From sequence record MW598459: a stretch of 64,000 bases of DNA; one strand, 5' to 3'. The notes beneath the pieces are model-generated. The model did no database searches. It was not told the origin of the DNA and saw nothing but the letters and a program-made list of their open reading frames with translations. The stretch's first letter is position 1; the number at the start of each line of letters is the position of its first letter. The stretch is from Escherichia phage vB_EcoM_RZ. The position numbers and the translations under genes were made by a program. Below are positions 46,192 through 55,859 of the stretch, piece after piece.

Positions 46192-46443
46192 TTAATCCTT
46201 GGGAGTTAACTCAATTGTAAAATATAGATTAGCATTATCCACATGATAACGGTAATCAACGTTATTATCCGGCGAAGTAAATTCCAAATTCCGGACGTTT
46301 AAAGGGTCGATATCAATTGGAAGACCTTTTATGTCTCGCAGATAAAGTTTAATGAAATATGGGAGCGCAGTAAAGTCTTCCTCGATTTTATCTAAAAAAT
46401 CGGTAATATCAAATTGATGTTCCATATAAAAAATCCAAATCAC
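46192..46443 (-). CDS. Hypothetical protein (83 aa)
   Basis: ORF in minus-strand array. Confidence 0.4.
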   Translation of the reverse strand: MIWIFYMEHQFDITDFLDKIEEDFTALPYFIKLYLRDIKGLPIDIDPLNVRNLEFTSPDNNVDYRYHVDNANLYFTIELTPKD

Positions 46444-46966
46444 CTTCTTTATCTTTGGCGCTCTTATCAGACCCTGGCGCTTTAACTAAAGAGGATTCGT
46501 ACTGTGTCATTTTGTCATAGATGTCCTGGATAAATGTTTCATCAGCCAGAGCCACCATATCGTCGTCACGTGAATCATACACGTTATGAACGAAGTAGCT
46601 ATATTTCTTTGCCATTTCTTTACGTTCTTTTTTGATACGCTGAACGAAAGCATTGAAGCAAGCCATTGTTATGTAAGCATGTGGATTATCGTATTTTGTT
46701 TCGTCGAAGTTATGAAGACCTTTTATTGCGGCCTCAATTCCATCCGCTATCATTTCTTGCTTCCAGGATTGGGTATATCCGGAGAAGTTGAAACGTTTGC
46801 TAAGACCTTCGGCTATAAGCATAATTGCCAGGCCAATAACATCGTTCTGGCGAATAATTTTGTTCGGGTCGGTGTTCGCATTCAGCTTCTGTTTCCACTC
46901 CGAAATAGCTTTCAAAAGCTCTTTATTATTTACATAGTTATTCTTGGTTAATTTAATTTCGTTCAT
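46409..46966 (-). CDS. 55: Late-transcription sigma factor gp55
   Basis: 185 aa; matches recalled T4 gp55 length and N-terminus. Confidence 0.9.
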   Translation of the reverse strand: MNEIKLTKNNYVNNKELLKAISEWKQKLNANTDPNKIIRQNDVIGLAIMLIAEGLSKRFNFSGYTQSWKQEMIADGIEAAIKGLHNFDETKYDNPHAYITMACFNAFVQRIKKERKEMAKKYSYFVHNVYDSRDDDMVALADETFIQDIYDKMTQYESSLVKAPGSDKSAKDKEGDLDFLYGTSI

Positions 46967-47014
46967 ATCGCCTCACTTAGTATATGAATATTATATCATC
47001 CTTTATACAAAGCA

Positions 47015-47281
47015 TTAGCGAAGTAAACAGTAAGCCTGGAAGACCTTCTCCATAATTGCCTTAAATTCATGGATGTCAATATAAGGGATAACCTCGGCAT
47101 CACTAATGAATTCCATCAAACGGTCATGCTCGTTGTGGTATTGTCCTTCATTCAGCATACTGATATGGGACTCCCAAGAGCCGTACCCTTCTGCGTGCGG
47201 GAAGAATGTTATTTTCATAAATTCATCCACCCAAAACGTTCCCAGGTCCTGGACGGATATCATTGTATGATTGATGTGCAT
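47015..47281 (-). CDS. Hypothetical protein (88 aa)
   Basis: ORF in minus-strand array. Confidence 0.4.
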   Translation of the reverse strand: MHINHTMISVQDLGTFWVDEFMKITFFPHAEGYGSWESHISMLNEGQYHNEHDRLMEFISDAEVIPYIDIHEFKAIMEKVFQAYCLLR

Positions 47282-47547
47282 CAGTACACCATCTGAGCAG
47301 CTTCTAAAACATCGTCAAGCTTATCAAACTGGTCAACATAATCAATCCCACCTACTTCATCTTTGGCATACAACCAATACTGATGGAATTCATATTCAAT
47401 AATAAAGTGGTCACCTTCAATCTGGAGAACACCAACATCATTAAATTGAACTGCATAACCCGCCAGACGTACATCATTCAGGAGTTCTTCTTTCATAGTA
47501 ATCATTTCCAGGTTTTTATCGTAATTAGAGAGTTTTATTTTAATCAT
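47281..47547 (-). CDS. Hypothetical protein (88 aa)
   Basis: ORF in minus-strand array. Confidence 0.4.
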   Translation of the reverse strand: MIKIKLSNYDKNLEMITMKEELLNDVRLAGYAVQFNDVGVLQIEGDHFIIEYEFHQYWLYAKDEVGGIDYVDQFDKLDDVLEAAQMVY

Positions 47548-47788
47548 TTAAGTAGTCCAGGAATTCGTCTAATGTCATGCCTTCCGCCCAAGCTATTTTA
47601 GGGTCAGGCATTTTCATATAAGTGGTCTTAGAGCTTATAGGAAGTATCCTGAAATCATAATGACTTCCACGTAGCCTCTTAGCCTCTTTTATAATAGTTT
47701 CACTATTAACCATCATAGATGTACGTTGGAAACCAGATAAAGCTTTAAGGACGATTATGGCTGATACACCTTCTGGTAAATTATTCAT
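47540..47788 (-). CDS. Hypothetical protein (82 aa)
   Basis: ORF in minus-strand array. Confidence 0.4.
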   Translation of the reverse strand: MNNLPEGVSAIIVLKALSGFQRTSMMVNSETIIKEAKRLRGSHYDFRILPISSKTTYMKMPDPKIAWAEGMTLDEFLDYLND

Positions 47789-48111
47789 TTCGCACCCTTA
47801 ACAATTTTCAGGTCAACAAAACCTTTCTTGCGCTGGGACTTCATACGCTTGATAGCTTTATCAGAAACTTCTTTGTTTTCGCGCAGAAGCGGCAGACCAA
47901 ACGCTACTACATCAAATTCGTTCAGGATATACTGGACAAGGCTTTCACGAATACGCGCTTTACCCATTGTCTGACCTTCTGCAATAATCAACTTCTGTAC
48001 ATCGCCTTCCCACTGGTCCAGAATCTCAGGGGTAACGAAACCAGATTTCATCAGAGTGTTAACTTTAGCAAATGCGAAATTAGCGATGGTGTTAGTGATA
48101 GATGCAGTCAT
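47785..48111 (-). CDS. Hypothetical protein (108 aa)
   Basis: ORF in minus-strand array. Confidence 0.45.
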   Translation of the reverse strand: MTASITNTIANFAFAKVNTLMKSGFVTPEILDQWEGDVQKLIIAEGQTMGKARIRESLVQYILNEFDVVAFGLPLLRENKEVSDKAIKRMKSQRKKGFVDLKIVKGAK

Positions 48112-48183
48112 GATATATTCCTCAGTCTCATTAAATTAAAATTTTATTATCCTAGGGTCATTATACCATGACCCCGTTGGTTT

Positions 48184-48381
48184 TTACTGCGCTTTAGCGC
48201 CTTTCCAACCTTCATACATCATTGCGGCGGAAATTAATATTGCTCCTGCACATTTTGAATAATAGAGATTCCAAAACCAGTTTAGAAAAACTTCATCATC
48301 AATACCTTGAGCTATCATATTTTCAAAGAACTGACGACGAGATTCAGCAATTCGCTGTGATAATTTAGATTCAGGATTCAT
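48184..48381 (-). CDS. Hypothetical protein (65 aa)
   Basis: ORF in minus-strand array. Confidence 0.4.
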   Translation of the reverse strand: MNPESKLSQRIAESRRQFFENMIAQGIDDEVFLNWFWNLYYSKCAGAILISAAMMYEGWKGAKAQ

Positions 48382-48606
48382 TTAAATTTTCCAGTTACCG
48401 TTTTCATCAATAAATTTAATCCAGTCATTTACTGACCACTTAGTTGTATCGCCTTTTGGAGCAGAATTTAAAGCGTATAATCCTTGTTTAAAAAGCATTC
48501 GTTTGATATTCATGTTTTCCTCAGCTGTAACGATAGCACTCGTTTGATTTACGTTTTGCAACAAGATGAGAAGTATTATAATCCAAATCATCCTCAACGT
48601 ATACAT
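48382..48606 (-). CDS. Hypothetical secreted protein (74 aa)
   Basis: N-terminal signal-peptide-like segment; overlaps the upstream ORF. Confidence 0.35.
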   Translation of the reverse strand: MYTLRMIWIIILLILLQNVNQTSAIVTAEENMNIKRMLFKQGLYALNSAPKGDTTKWSVNDWIKFIDENGNWKI

Positions 48607-48814
48607 CTTTTTTCAACTGACGAACTTCTTTACGAAGCTGGCGATTCATTTCATTCTTAACTTCAGAATCAACACCACGCATACGCTTCCATTTGTCTGA
48701 ACGGAAGATATTTTCTTCAACTTGTTCCTGACTTACACCATCAGGTGCCTGACGGCGTCCTGAATAATAAAAATCTTTTACAGACAATTCTTTGCGACGA
48801 ATAGTTTTACCCAT
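48521..48814 (-). CDS. Hypothetical basic protein (97 aa)
   Basis: ORF in minus-strand array. Confidence 0.4.
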   Translation of the reverse strand: MGKTIRRKELSVKDFYYSGRRQAPDGVSQEQVEENIFRSDKWKRMRGVDSEVKNEMNRQLRKEVRQLKKDVYVEDDLDYNTSHLVAKRKSNECYRYS

Positions 48815-48816
48815 AG

Positions 48817-49071
48817 TTACCTCAGCAGTTTGTATCCAATAAGATTTTTAATGTACTGGATATCTTTGACATCCAAATCCAACTTAAGGTCTTTCAGACG
48901 GTCACCCAGGGTCAAAAAGGTTACATGTTTCCAATTCTTCACTGGGCAACAATAAGTCTTAGGACCATTTGCAATTTCAATATTCTTATCAGTGACGGTG
49001 ATAAAAATCAGGCGCTCATCATCAAGATTAAGGGTGGCGACATTTTTCATTGAATGTAATTTCAGGCTCAT
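48817..49071 (-). CDS. Hypothetical protein (84 aa)
   Basis: ORF in minus-strand array. Confidence 0.4.
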   Translation of the reverse strand: MSLKLHSMKNVATLNLDDERLIFITVTDKNIEIANGPKTYCCPVKNWKHVTFLTLGDRLKDLKLDLDVKDIQYIKNLIGYKLLR

Positions 49072-49244
49072 AATTTAATTTCCTTAGCTACTGAACAAAA
49101 TACACCACGGTCACAAATCATTTTAATATTAAGGTCAATTATGGTATACCACACATCCAGACTAGATATTTCAGTTACTAGAACAGCTTTGCCGTTGATT
49201 GAATAATACTGGTTGACTTTAATTTCTTTATCTTGGATAGTCAT
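49068..49244 (-). CDS. Hypothetical protein (58 aa, not in track)
   Basis: My own translation MTIQDKEIKVNQYYSINGKAVLVTEISSLDVWYTIIDL...; preceded by leader hairpin and early promoter. Confidence 0.4.
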   Translation of the reverse strand: MTIQDKEIKVNQYYSINGKAVLVTEISSLDVWYTIIDLNIKMICDRGVFCSVAKEIKL

Positions 49245-49276
49245 TATGTTTTCCTCATCATTAGTTGATGGGATAA

Positions 49277-49304
49277 TGATACACCGTTCAAAGGGGCTTG
49301 TACA
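49277..49304 (-). promoter_or_regulatory. T4-type early promoter
   Basis: Minus strand TGTACA (49304-49299), 16 nt, TATCAT, then leader hairpin. Confidence 0.5.
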
Positions 49305-49310
49305 CCCCTT

Positions 49311-49628
49311 TTAATCTTCAATTAAGTCCTGGTCATATCCCAGGGATATCAGTTTTGTTTTAAAGGCAGGAATATTTGTCATTTTTTCATCATTGACAAA
49401 AATCACTGGGTAACGAATGTTAAGGGTAGGATATCCAGCACGCTTAGCCAAAGACACGATTAATGGCCTGTCATAAGCGATTTCAGAGCCTTGTTTGTTA
49501 AGGACTGAATAGAATGTATAAGGAAGGTTTAAGGAGCCCAGAAGGCTCCTGACGTGCATACAACCAGGGCATCGACCGACTTCTTCGGGGATACCATAGA
49601 TTTCAATCTTAGTCGAGTTTTGGCCCAC
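49311..49628 (-). CDS. nrdH: Glutaredoxin-like protein NrdH
   Basis: 105 aa; CPGC redox motif; position beside nrdG as in T4. Confidence 0.65.
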   Translation of the reverse strand: MGQNSTKIEIYGIPEEVGRCPGCMHVRSLLGSLNLPYTFYSVLNKQGSEIAYDRPLIVSLAKRAGYPTLNIRYPVIFVNDEKMTNIPAFKTKLISLGYDQDLIED

Positions 49629-49908
49629 AGGAAATCACTCCTTGGTAGTTCCAGGTTTTAATAACTTCTTCATCGCTGGTGGTTGCATACGGGACATAAA
49701 CCTGAATAAGGAAACCTGTGTCATCGAAAGAGAAATAAACCGTCGGTTTGATTCCATGAATCTCAGATAGAGCATAGATATCTTTAAGGTCTTCTTCTTT
49801 ATCAGCAAAGAATTTCGGGTCCAGGTCACAGTCGTGGAAGTACCATTCATCACCGAACTTGTCCCACGCGGTCCAATTAGTAGCTACATATTCTTCAAAA
49901 CGTTTCAT
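49609..49908 (-). CDS. Hypothetical protein (99 aa)
   Basis: ORF in minus-strand array. Confidence 0.4.
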   Translation of the reverse strand: MKRFEEYVATNWTAWDKFGDEWYFHDCDLDPKFFADKEEDLKDIYALSEIHGIKPTVYFSFDDTGFLIQVYVPYATTSDEEVIKTWNYQGVISCGPKLD

Positions 49909-50144
49909 TCTTTCACCTTCATCATTTTAGCAATAACACTATGCACAGCCTGGATTCGTTTGTCGAACTCAGACCCTTCGAGGCCCTTTTCAGTACTCAG
50001 GGCGCCAATCATCACAAACAGCAATCCAAATGGGATAACCAGGATTAAAAGGCACACAATAAACAGGACAAATGTAATATTGGCCAGGATATCAGAAACA
50101 GCATTACGAAATTTATTCATATTTACCCTTAATTGATTAACCAA
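49905..50144 (-). CDS. Hypothetical membrane protein (79 aa)
   Basis: Hydrophobic segment ITFVLFIVCLLILVIPFGLLFVMIGAL. Confidence 0.4.
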   Translation of the reverse strand: MVNQLRVNMNKFRNAVSDILANITFVLFIVCLLILVIPFGLLFVMIGALSTEKGLEGSEFDKRIQAVHSVIAKMMKVKE

Positions 50145-50234
50145 GCATTGATAAGCACTAAACTATACTGCGAATAAAATTCTGGACCAAAATGAAAAAT
50201 CATATCATTTATAGTATCCATAATATAATTAAAT

Positions 50235-50705
50235 TTAATCATGTTTCCACACCCCATCGGTATTTGACCAAAGTCGCTGATTATCTGACCCTCGCCACAG
50301 TTTTTTGGTCGGAAGATTTTTCTCATACTTCCCATCAATAATAATATCAACATATTTAAGCATTTCTAGTTGTTTAATATCTTCAAACTTATATCCTGTC
50401 CACATCCAAATGCTTTTATTTGGATAAAGATTTTTAACAGTTTGAACCACAGAGTGAATAACATCTCGGTTATCAGGATAGAGAGGGTCTCCTCCGGTTA
50501 TAGTTAATCCTTCTATATAATCATTATTCAAACATTCAATTAATTGTTCTAGTGTTTCACCAGTGAATGGAATGCCATTTCTAGCATTCCATGTTGATTT
50601 ATTATAACACCCTTCACATTTATGCAAACAACCTGTGACGAAAAGAACGACCCTGCATCCAGGGCCATTCACAAAATCGCAAGGATAAAATCTATCATAA
50701 TTCAT
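50235..50705 (-). CDS. nrdG: Anaerobic ribonucleotide reductase activating protein NrdG (radical SAM)
   Basis: 156 aa; CLHKCEGC (CxxxCxxC) cluster motif. Confidence 0.9.
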   Translation of the reverse strand: MNYDRFYPCDFVNGPGCRVVLFVTGCLHKCEGCYNKSTWNARNGIPFTGETLEQLIECLNNDYIEGLTITGGDPLYPDNRDVIHSVVQTVKNLYPNKSIWMWTGYKFEDIKQLEMLKYVDIIIDGKYEKNLPTKKLWRGSDNQRLWSNTDGVWKHD

Positions 50706-52519
50706 TGGTGTTTAACCCTATGCATGATTTCTTTATTTTTGCCGAGATTAAATCCGCGTTCGTTCGGATTTCCCAAATAACCACAAGTTCTTCTTATTGT
50801 GTTCATCTTTTTAGGGTCAGTTTCTCCACAAATAGAACAAACAAATCCGTTTTCAGTAGGAGTCATTTCATGAGTACTTCCACACGTAAAACATTTATCT
50901 ACTGGCATATTAACACCAAAATAATCTAAATGTTGTGCGGCATAATCCCATACAGCCTCAAGACCTTTTAAGTTATTTTTCATATCAGGAAGTTCAACAT
51001 AAGAAATGTGACCACCTGTCGCAATGAAATGATATGGGGCTTCGCGAGAAATCTTTTCAAACGGAGTGATATTTTCTTCTACTGAAACGTGGAAACTGTT
51101 AGTGTACCAGCCTTTATCAGTAACATCCTTTACACTTCCATATTTTTCAGTATCAAGTTTACAAAAGCGATAACAAAGGTTTTCAGCAGGTGTAGAATAC
51201 AAACTAAAAGCAAAACCGGTTCTTTCAGTCCACTGCTTAAGACGAGCATTCATTTTAGTTAAAATTTCTTGCCCAATATCACGACCGGCAAGAATATTCA
51301 ATTCGTGAATACCAATGTATCCCAAAGACACTGAACTTCTACCGTTTTTAAATAACTCAATTATGTCGTCATCAGGTTTAAGACGAACCCCGAATGCACC
51401 TTCTTGGTAAAGAATAGGAGCAACAGTCGCTTTAACTCCTTTTAAAGAACTAATTCTACACATCAATGCTTCAAAGCATAAATCCATTCGCTCATTGAAC
51501 AATTCGATAAATTTCTGTTCATTGAACTGTGTTCCAATATAAGAATCTAACGCAATGCGAGGAAGATTCAGTGTTACAACACCAAGATTATTACGCCCAT
51601 CAAGAATTTCATTACCAGTCGAATCTTTCCATACGCTCAAGAAACTACGACAACCCATTGGAGAAACAGGAATAGATGAACCGGTGATAGCTTTGTTATT
51701 CTTAACTGAAATAATATCAGGATACATCCTTTTGCTTGCACACTCTAGAGCAAGCTGCTTAATATCATAGTTCGGGTCGTCTTTATAAAGATTAACACCT
51801 TCTTCAACGAACATAACAAGTTTAGGGAAAATAGGAGTTATCCCATCGCGACCAAGACCTTTGATACGATTTTTCAGAATTGCTTTCTGAATCATTCGTT
51901 CAGTCCAGTCAGTTCCCGTGCCAAACGTAATTGTCACAAAAGGCGTTTGCCCATTTGAACTAAAGAGCGTATTTACTTCATATTCATAAGCTTGGAATGC
52001 ATCATATACGTCTTTTTCTGTTTTAGATTGAGCATAATTCAATGCATCAGTGATTTGCCATTTTTCTGCATCTTCAATATGTTTTGCGTATGTACGTTTA
52101 ACATAAGGAGAAAATACTTTGTCTACATTAGCAAAAGTCGTTCCACCATATTGGTGAGAAGCAACCTGTGCAGTAATTTGTGCCATAATTGCAGTAGCAA
52201 CACCAATTGATTTAGGAGTTTCAATCTGCGCATTACCGAGCTTAAACCCGTTCTCAAGCATTCCTTTTAAATCTACTAAACAGCAATTAGTAAATGGAAG
52301 AGCGGGGGAATAATCAATATCATGGAAATGAATAATTCCACTTTCATGTGCTTTCATAATAAAAGACGCGACCATATTTTTGGCAATGTGTTTAGATACA
52401 ATACCAGCCATAAGGTCCCGTTGAGTTGGAAAAACACGAGAATCTTTATTAGCATTCTCGTTTAAAAGGTCTTTATTAGTTTTATGAATCAATCCTTCAA
52501 TTTCGTTTTCAATTGTCAT
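50702..52519 (-). CDS. nrdD: Anaerobic ribonucleoside-triphosphate reductase NrdD
   Basis: 605 aa; C-terminal glycyl-radical motif RTCGYLG and zinc ribbon CFTCG...CSICG. Confidence 0.95.
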   Translation of the reverse strand: MTIENEIEGLIHKTNKDLLNENANKDSRVFPTQRDLMAGIVSKHIAKNMVASFIMKAHESGIIHFHDIDYSPALPFTNCCLVDLKGMLENGFKLGNAQIETPKSIGVATAIMAQITAQVASHQYGGTTFANVDKVFSPYVKRTYAKHIEDAEKWQITDALNYAQSKTEKDVYDAFQAYEYEVNTLFSSNGQTPFVTITFGTGTDWTERMIQKAILKNRIKGLGRDGITPIFPKLVMFVEEGVNLYKDDPNYDIKQLALECASKRMYPDIISVKNNKAITGSSIPVSPMGCRSFLSVWKDSTGNEILDGRNNLGVVTLNLPRIALDSYIGTQFNEQKFIELFNERMDLCFEALMCRISSLKGVKATVAPILYQEGAFGVRLKPDDDIIELFKNGRSSVSLGYIGIHELNILAGRDIGQEILTKMNARLKQWTERTGFAFSLYSTPAENLCYRFCKLDTEKYGSVKDVTDKGWYTNSFHVSVEENITPFEKISREAPYHFIATGGHISYVELPDMKNNLKGLEAVWDYAAQHLDYFGVNMPVDKCFTCGSTHEMTPTENGFVCSICGETDPKKMNTIRRTCGYLGNPNERGFNLGKNKEIMHRVKHQ

Positions 52520-52989
52520 TTTAAACTCTTTCTAAGCTGCTTCTTAAATGAAGCCATTAATTGTGTTTTGGTGTCAGATTCATTATAAGTCATACCATTC
52601 AAAAGCATTTCCCGAATCATTTCTTCTTTCCCCAGACGACCGAACTCTTTGGCTTTGTCTGCCACAAAATTAGGGTGAATATTGTTTTCGGTATAATCAG
52701 ATTTCAGATAGACAAGCAAACTCTCTAACCATTCCAGGTAGTCAACATCGCGACTTTTCAGACCCGAACGGCTGAACTTATGCTTCATTTGTCCTTCTGT
52801 CCCATTGCACAGATTGCATAGTAACCCGCGAACCTTACCAGCTTTTGGCCCGTTCAATTCGTGGTCATGGTCAAGATGGTTGGCCTGAACATCAGAGTCC
52901 AAATCACGGTGGCAAATTGGACACTTACCAGCTTGTGCATCATAAAGTTTTTGTTTTTCTTCTTTGTATAATTTGCCAGTCAACAACAT
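52516..52989 (-). CDS. 49: Recombination endonuclease VII gp49
   Basis: 157 aa; LDHDHELNGPKAGKVRGLLCNLCN and overall near-identity to recalled T4 endo VII. Confidence 0.95.
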   Translation of the reverse strand: MLLTGKLYKEEKQKLYDAQAGKCPICHRDLDSDVQANHLDHDHELNGPKAGKVRGLLCNLCNGTEGQMKHKFSRSGLKSRDVDYLEWLESLLVYLKSDYTENNIHPNFVADKAKEFGRLGKEEMIREMLLNGMTYNESDTKTQLMASFKKQLRKSLK

Positions 52990-53490
52990 AATAAACCCTT
53001 ACCATTATTAGATAAGGGTATTTATTAAATATTATAGAACGAACGGTGCAACCGTTTAAATTGACGAATCATCTTTTTGGTAGGACGAGTATACAATCCT
53101 ACACAGGTGGCCATAAACTGGTCAGTAGGACTTCCTTTGATAAGAAGTTTCCAGACCTTGCCACCATTTAACTTTTCGGTATAGACTAATTTAGTTTTCA
53201 TCAGAATGCCTTATCAGCAAAACGAAGTTGAGCTTCGAGCCAATGTATATAATCAGCCGCAGCTTTAATCAAGTCAGATTCTTCATCGGGTAACTTACGA
53301 GAATCTGACAATTCGTAAAGCGAATGTTCAATCAGACGGCCTTTGTGACGGCCAACTTCAATTTTGGTACTCATATCCAAACTCCATATCGATTAAATCA
53401 TTGTTTGAAGGTTCATTATAATCTATTTCGGAATCGTTGTAAACAGGTTCCTCTGGCTCGACAGTTTCCCATCGAGCGGTATACCATGGC

Positions 53491-53799
53491 TTAACGGTCA
53501 CACCAATAACAACTTACTTCAAAATCAGGCTCGCCGTCGTCCCAGTACCAAGGACCAACCGGATGCCAATCGCCATGCTTATCTTCTTCATATTCTATAG
53601 ATTCAAGCCCAACGTATTGCCATTGGACTTCATAAGCAGTGCCACCAATTACAACAGTGTTCTCACCATACGGGTTAGCCACAGCAAAGTCAATACCTTC
53701 TTCCTTTGCCAGGGCGACCATGTATTCGTAGAGTTTATATTCCAGGTCGTCTTCGTTGCCATCGCCCAGATAAATTGTTTGTCCGTCTAATTCACTCAT
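53491..53799 (-). CDS. Hypothetical acidic, Trp-rich protein (102 aa)
   Basis: ORF; strongly acidic composition. Confidence 0.45.
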   Translation of the reverse strand: MSELDGQTIYLGDGNEDDLEYKLYEYMVALAKEEGIDFAVANPYGENTVVIGGTAYEVQWQYVGLESIEYEEDKHGDWHPVGPWYWDDGEPDFEVSCYWCDR

Positions 53800-53985
53800 A
53801 ATTCCACCATAAATTTGTCAATCATTTAAAGTTCCAGAATGAAGCACCAACCAGAAATAAAGGCCAACAAATCATAGACGTCAGCCACCAACAAAAGTCA
53901 CCTGCACCGAAATCATCTAATTTAGCTAGGGTCTTAGCATAACCAATACCGATGATAAGATACAAAATACCCAACAATAATTCAA

Positions 53986-54249
53986 TCATTTAAAATATTC
54001 TCGCAGTTCAGTGAATCCGCCAATATGACTTCCGTCAGGAGCAAATACTTGCGGCATGGTCAAACCAATTTGAGATTCGCGACCAAGTGCAGCCAGGAGT
54101 TGGGCAATCTTCTCATCATCAAACACACCTTTTTCTGGCATAACGTTGATGAACTCGTAAGGTTGTTTTTTAACATCCAAAAAACGTTTTGCATTATCGC
54201 AGAATACACAGCGATGAATAGATGAATCATAACCATATACTTTAAACAT
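53986..54249 (-). CDS. nrdC: Glutaredoxin/thioredoxin NrdC
   Basis: 87 aa; MFKVYGYDS.IH.CV.CDNAKR...PQVFAPDGSHIGGF..LREYFK matches recalled T4 NrdC. Confidence 0.9.
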   Translation of the reverse strand: MFKVYGYDSSIHRCVFCDNAKRFLDVKKQPYEFINVMPEKGVFDDEKIAQLLAALGRESQIGLTMPQVFAPDGSHIGGFTELREYFK

Positions 54250-54250
54250 A

Positions 54251-54508
54251 TTATTCCTTAATTCCTAATACTTGTTTGAAGGTCTCAGTATAATCGGGGT
54301 ATTGACCGGTTTGTTCTTTATGTTTGACCATAATACCATAAACTTCTGAACGCATATTATTATATGAACGAGTTAAAGCAGATTTCAATACTGAATAACT
54401 ATCCGGAAGTTTACCGTGTTCTTTATAATAGGCCAGAGTTAATTCACGGACCGCCTTATCAGCAGTCTCAAGATATTCTTTACGCTTTGCCATTTTCGTC
54501 TCGCTCAA
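54251..54508 (-). CDS. Hypothetical protein (85 aa)
   Basis: ORF in minus-strand array. Confidence 0.4.
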   Translation of the reverse strand: MSETKMAKRKEYLETADKAVRELTLAYYKEHGKLPDSYSVLKSALTRSYNNMRSEVYGIMVKHKEQTGQYPDYTETFKQVLGIKE

Positions 54509-54812
54509 ATTTGTGTTTACAATGTCTGCATTTGTAACGAAGAGTACTAGTCTGCCAATGGACTAACTGGACCTGTTCAGTTCCGCATTCTGGACAGTTT
54601 GGAACACGCTTAGAAGCACGTTCCCGACGGCGAACCATAGTCATTACCATATCCCAATCAGTAACCTGACTATAATCGCCACAGCCATGAATCTTTCCCA
54701 ACTGCACAAGGTCAGCATCAATAAATTTTAAAAGACCTTTATTAACCCCCGCAGCGGGGGTCCATTCTGGAAATGCAGTTTCTGCAATATCTTCAGCTAA
54801 ACGTTGTTTCAT
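54480..54812 (-). CDS. Hypothetical zinc-ribbon protein (110 aa)
   Basis: CPECG...CRHC pairs of cysteines. Confidence 0.4.
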   Translation of the reverse strand: MKQRLAEDIAETAFPEWTPAAGVNKGLLKFIDADLVQLGKIHGCGDYSQVTDWDMVMTMVRRRERASKRVPNCPECGTEQVQLVHWQTSTLRYKCRHCKHKFERDENGKA

Positions 54813-55840
54813 TTCAGCAGCTCCAGAGCCTGTTCCAGTTTATCCAGACGATTAGTTGATTCTTCCCAAAGTCGCTTGGCTTTGGTATAGTCTTCAGTTG
54901 CCTTTTTATTAATAGCAAGAGCTTCATTATACGCTGTTTCCAGGGCAACAATTTCAGGCGCTTTTTGTTTCACTGGCTCATTATTCAGATTATCAATCAG
55001 GTCTTCAAGGGTGGTAACTTCATGCGGAGCATTCATAATTTCCTCACTTTTCTTTTTATAAATTTCTGCATCAGTTGGTTGTTTTGCGCATTTAACTTCA
55101 CGCAATGTCACCACAATTTTCCAACCTTTCCAACCATGAGTACTGGTGATAGGGTCTACTTTAATTTTTTCAACAGTACGCATATAATTAAGGGCACACT
55201 GCATCTGTGAAGTAAGCGTGCTCGCGACATCAAGATACTTTTTGACATTTTCTGGAGTAGCTACCGGCGTAAAGAATTCATACTTAACTGTAATAATTAC
55301 CTGGTTTTCACCAGACTCTTTAACATTTATCATGTGCTCAGCCAAATGGGAAATAGTGCGATAATCGCTACCCATCAATTTTGTCGCTGATTTGATGATA
55401 GACATTTTGTTATCTCTGAATTCACGAGCCCAGCAATTTGCGAATTCAGAAACAGTATAGCCTTGTTTATCAAGGTAGTATTTTTCAACATCACCAAACC
55501 AATGATATCCAATTGTACCTTTACCATGTCTGGATTCAACGCCAAACTTATTAAGAAGGTCTTTATTAACCAGGTATGCCAGGACTCGGGAACCTTTAAA
55601 AGTTTTCTTGATATCATCTTTACCTGCACGACTCGCAATAGTCGCGATGTCTTTTTCAAAGCGACCAGATGCAACAATAGTCGAATCAATCTGATTTAAC
55701 CAGGAATTGATAATCGAAAGGATAGCCGATTCACCTGTTAATGGTTTTACTTTTGCATCGATAGTGGTGTTAAAGGCCCGGATATATTCGTTACGTGTCA
55801 TAGTGTTCTCCTCATAAAGTAGGAATTCATTATACTCCAT
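54809..55840 (-). CDS. Hypothetical protein with C-terminal coiled coil (343 aa)
   Basis: ORF; heptad-like C-terminus. Confidence 0.5.
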   Translation of the reverse strand: MEYNEFLLYEENTMTRNEYIRAFNTTIDAKVKPLTGESAILSIINSWLNQIDSTIVASGRFEKDIATIASRAGKDDIKKTFKGSRVLAYLVNKDLLNKFGVESRHGKGTIGYHWFGDVEKYYLDKQGYTVSEFANCWAREFRDNKMSIIKSATKLMGSDYRTISHLAEHMINVKESGENQVIITVKYEFFTPVATPENVKKYLDVASTLTSQMQCALNYMRTVEKIKVDPITSTHGWKGWKIVVTLREVKCAKQPTDAEIYKKKSEEIMNAPHEVTTLEDLIDNLNNEPVKQKAPEIVALETAYNEALAINKKATEDYTKAKRLWEESTNRLDKLEQALELLK

Positions 55841-55859
55841 CCATCCCTGGAAGTAAACA

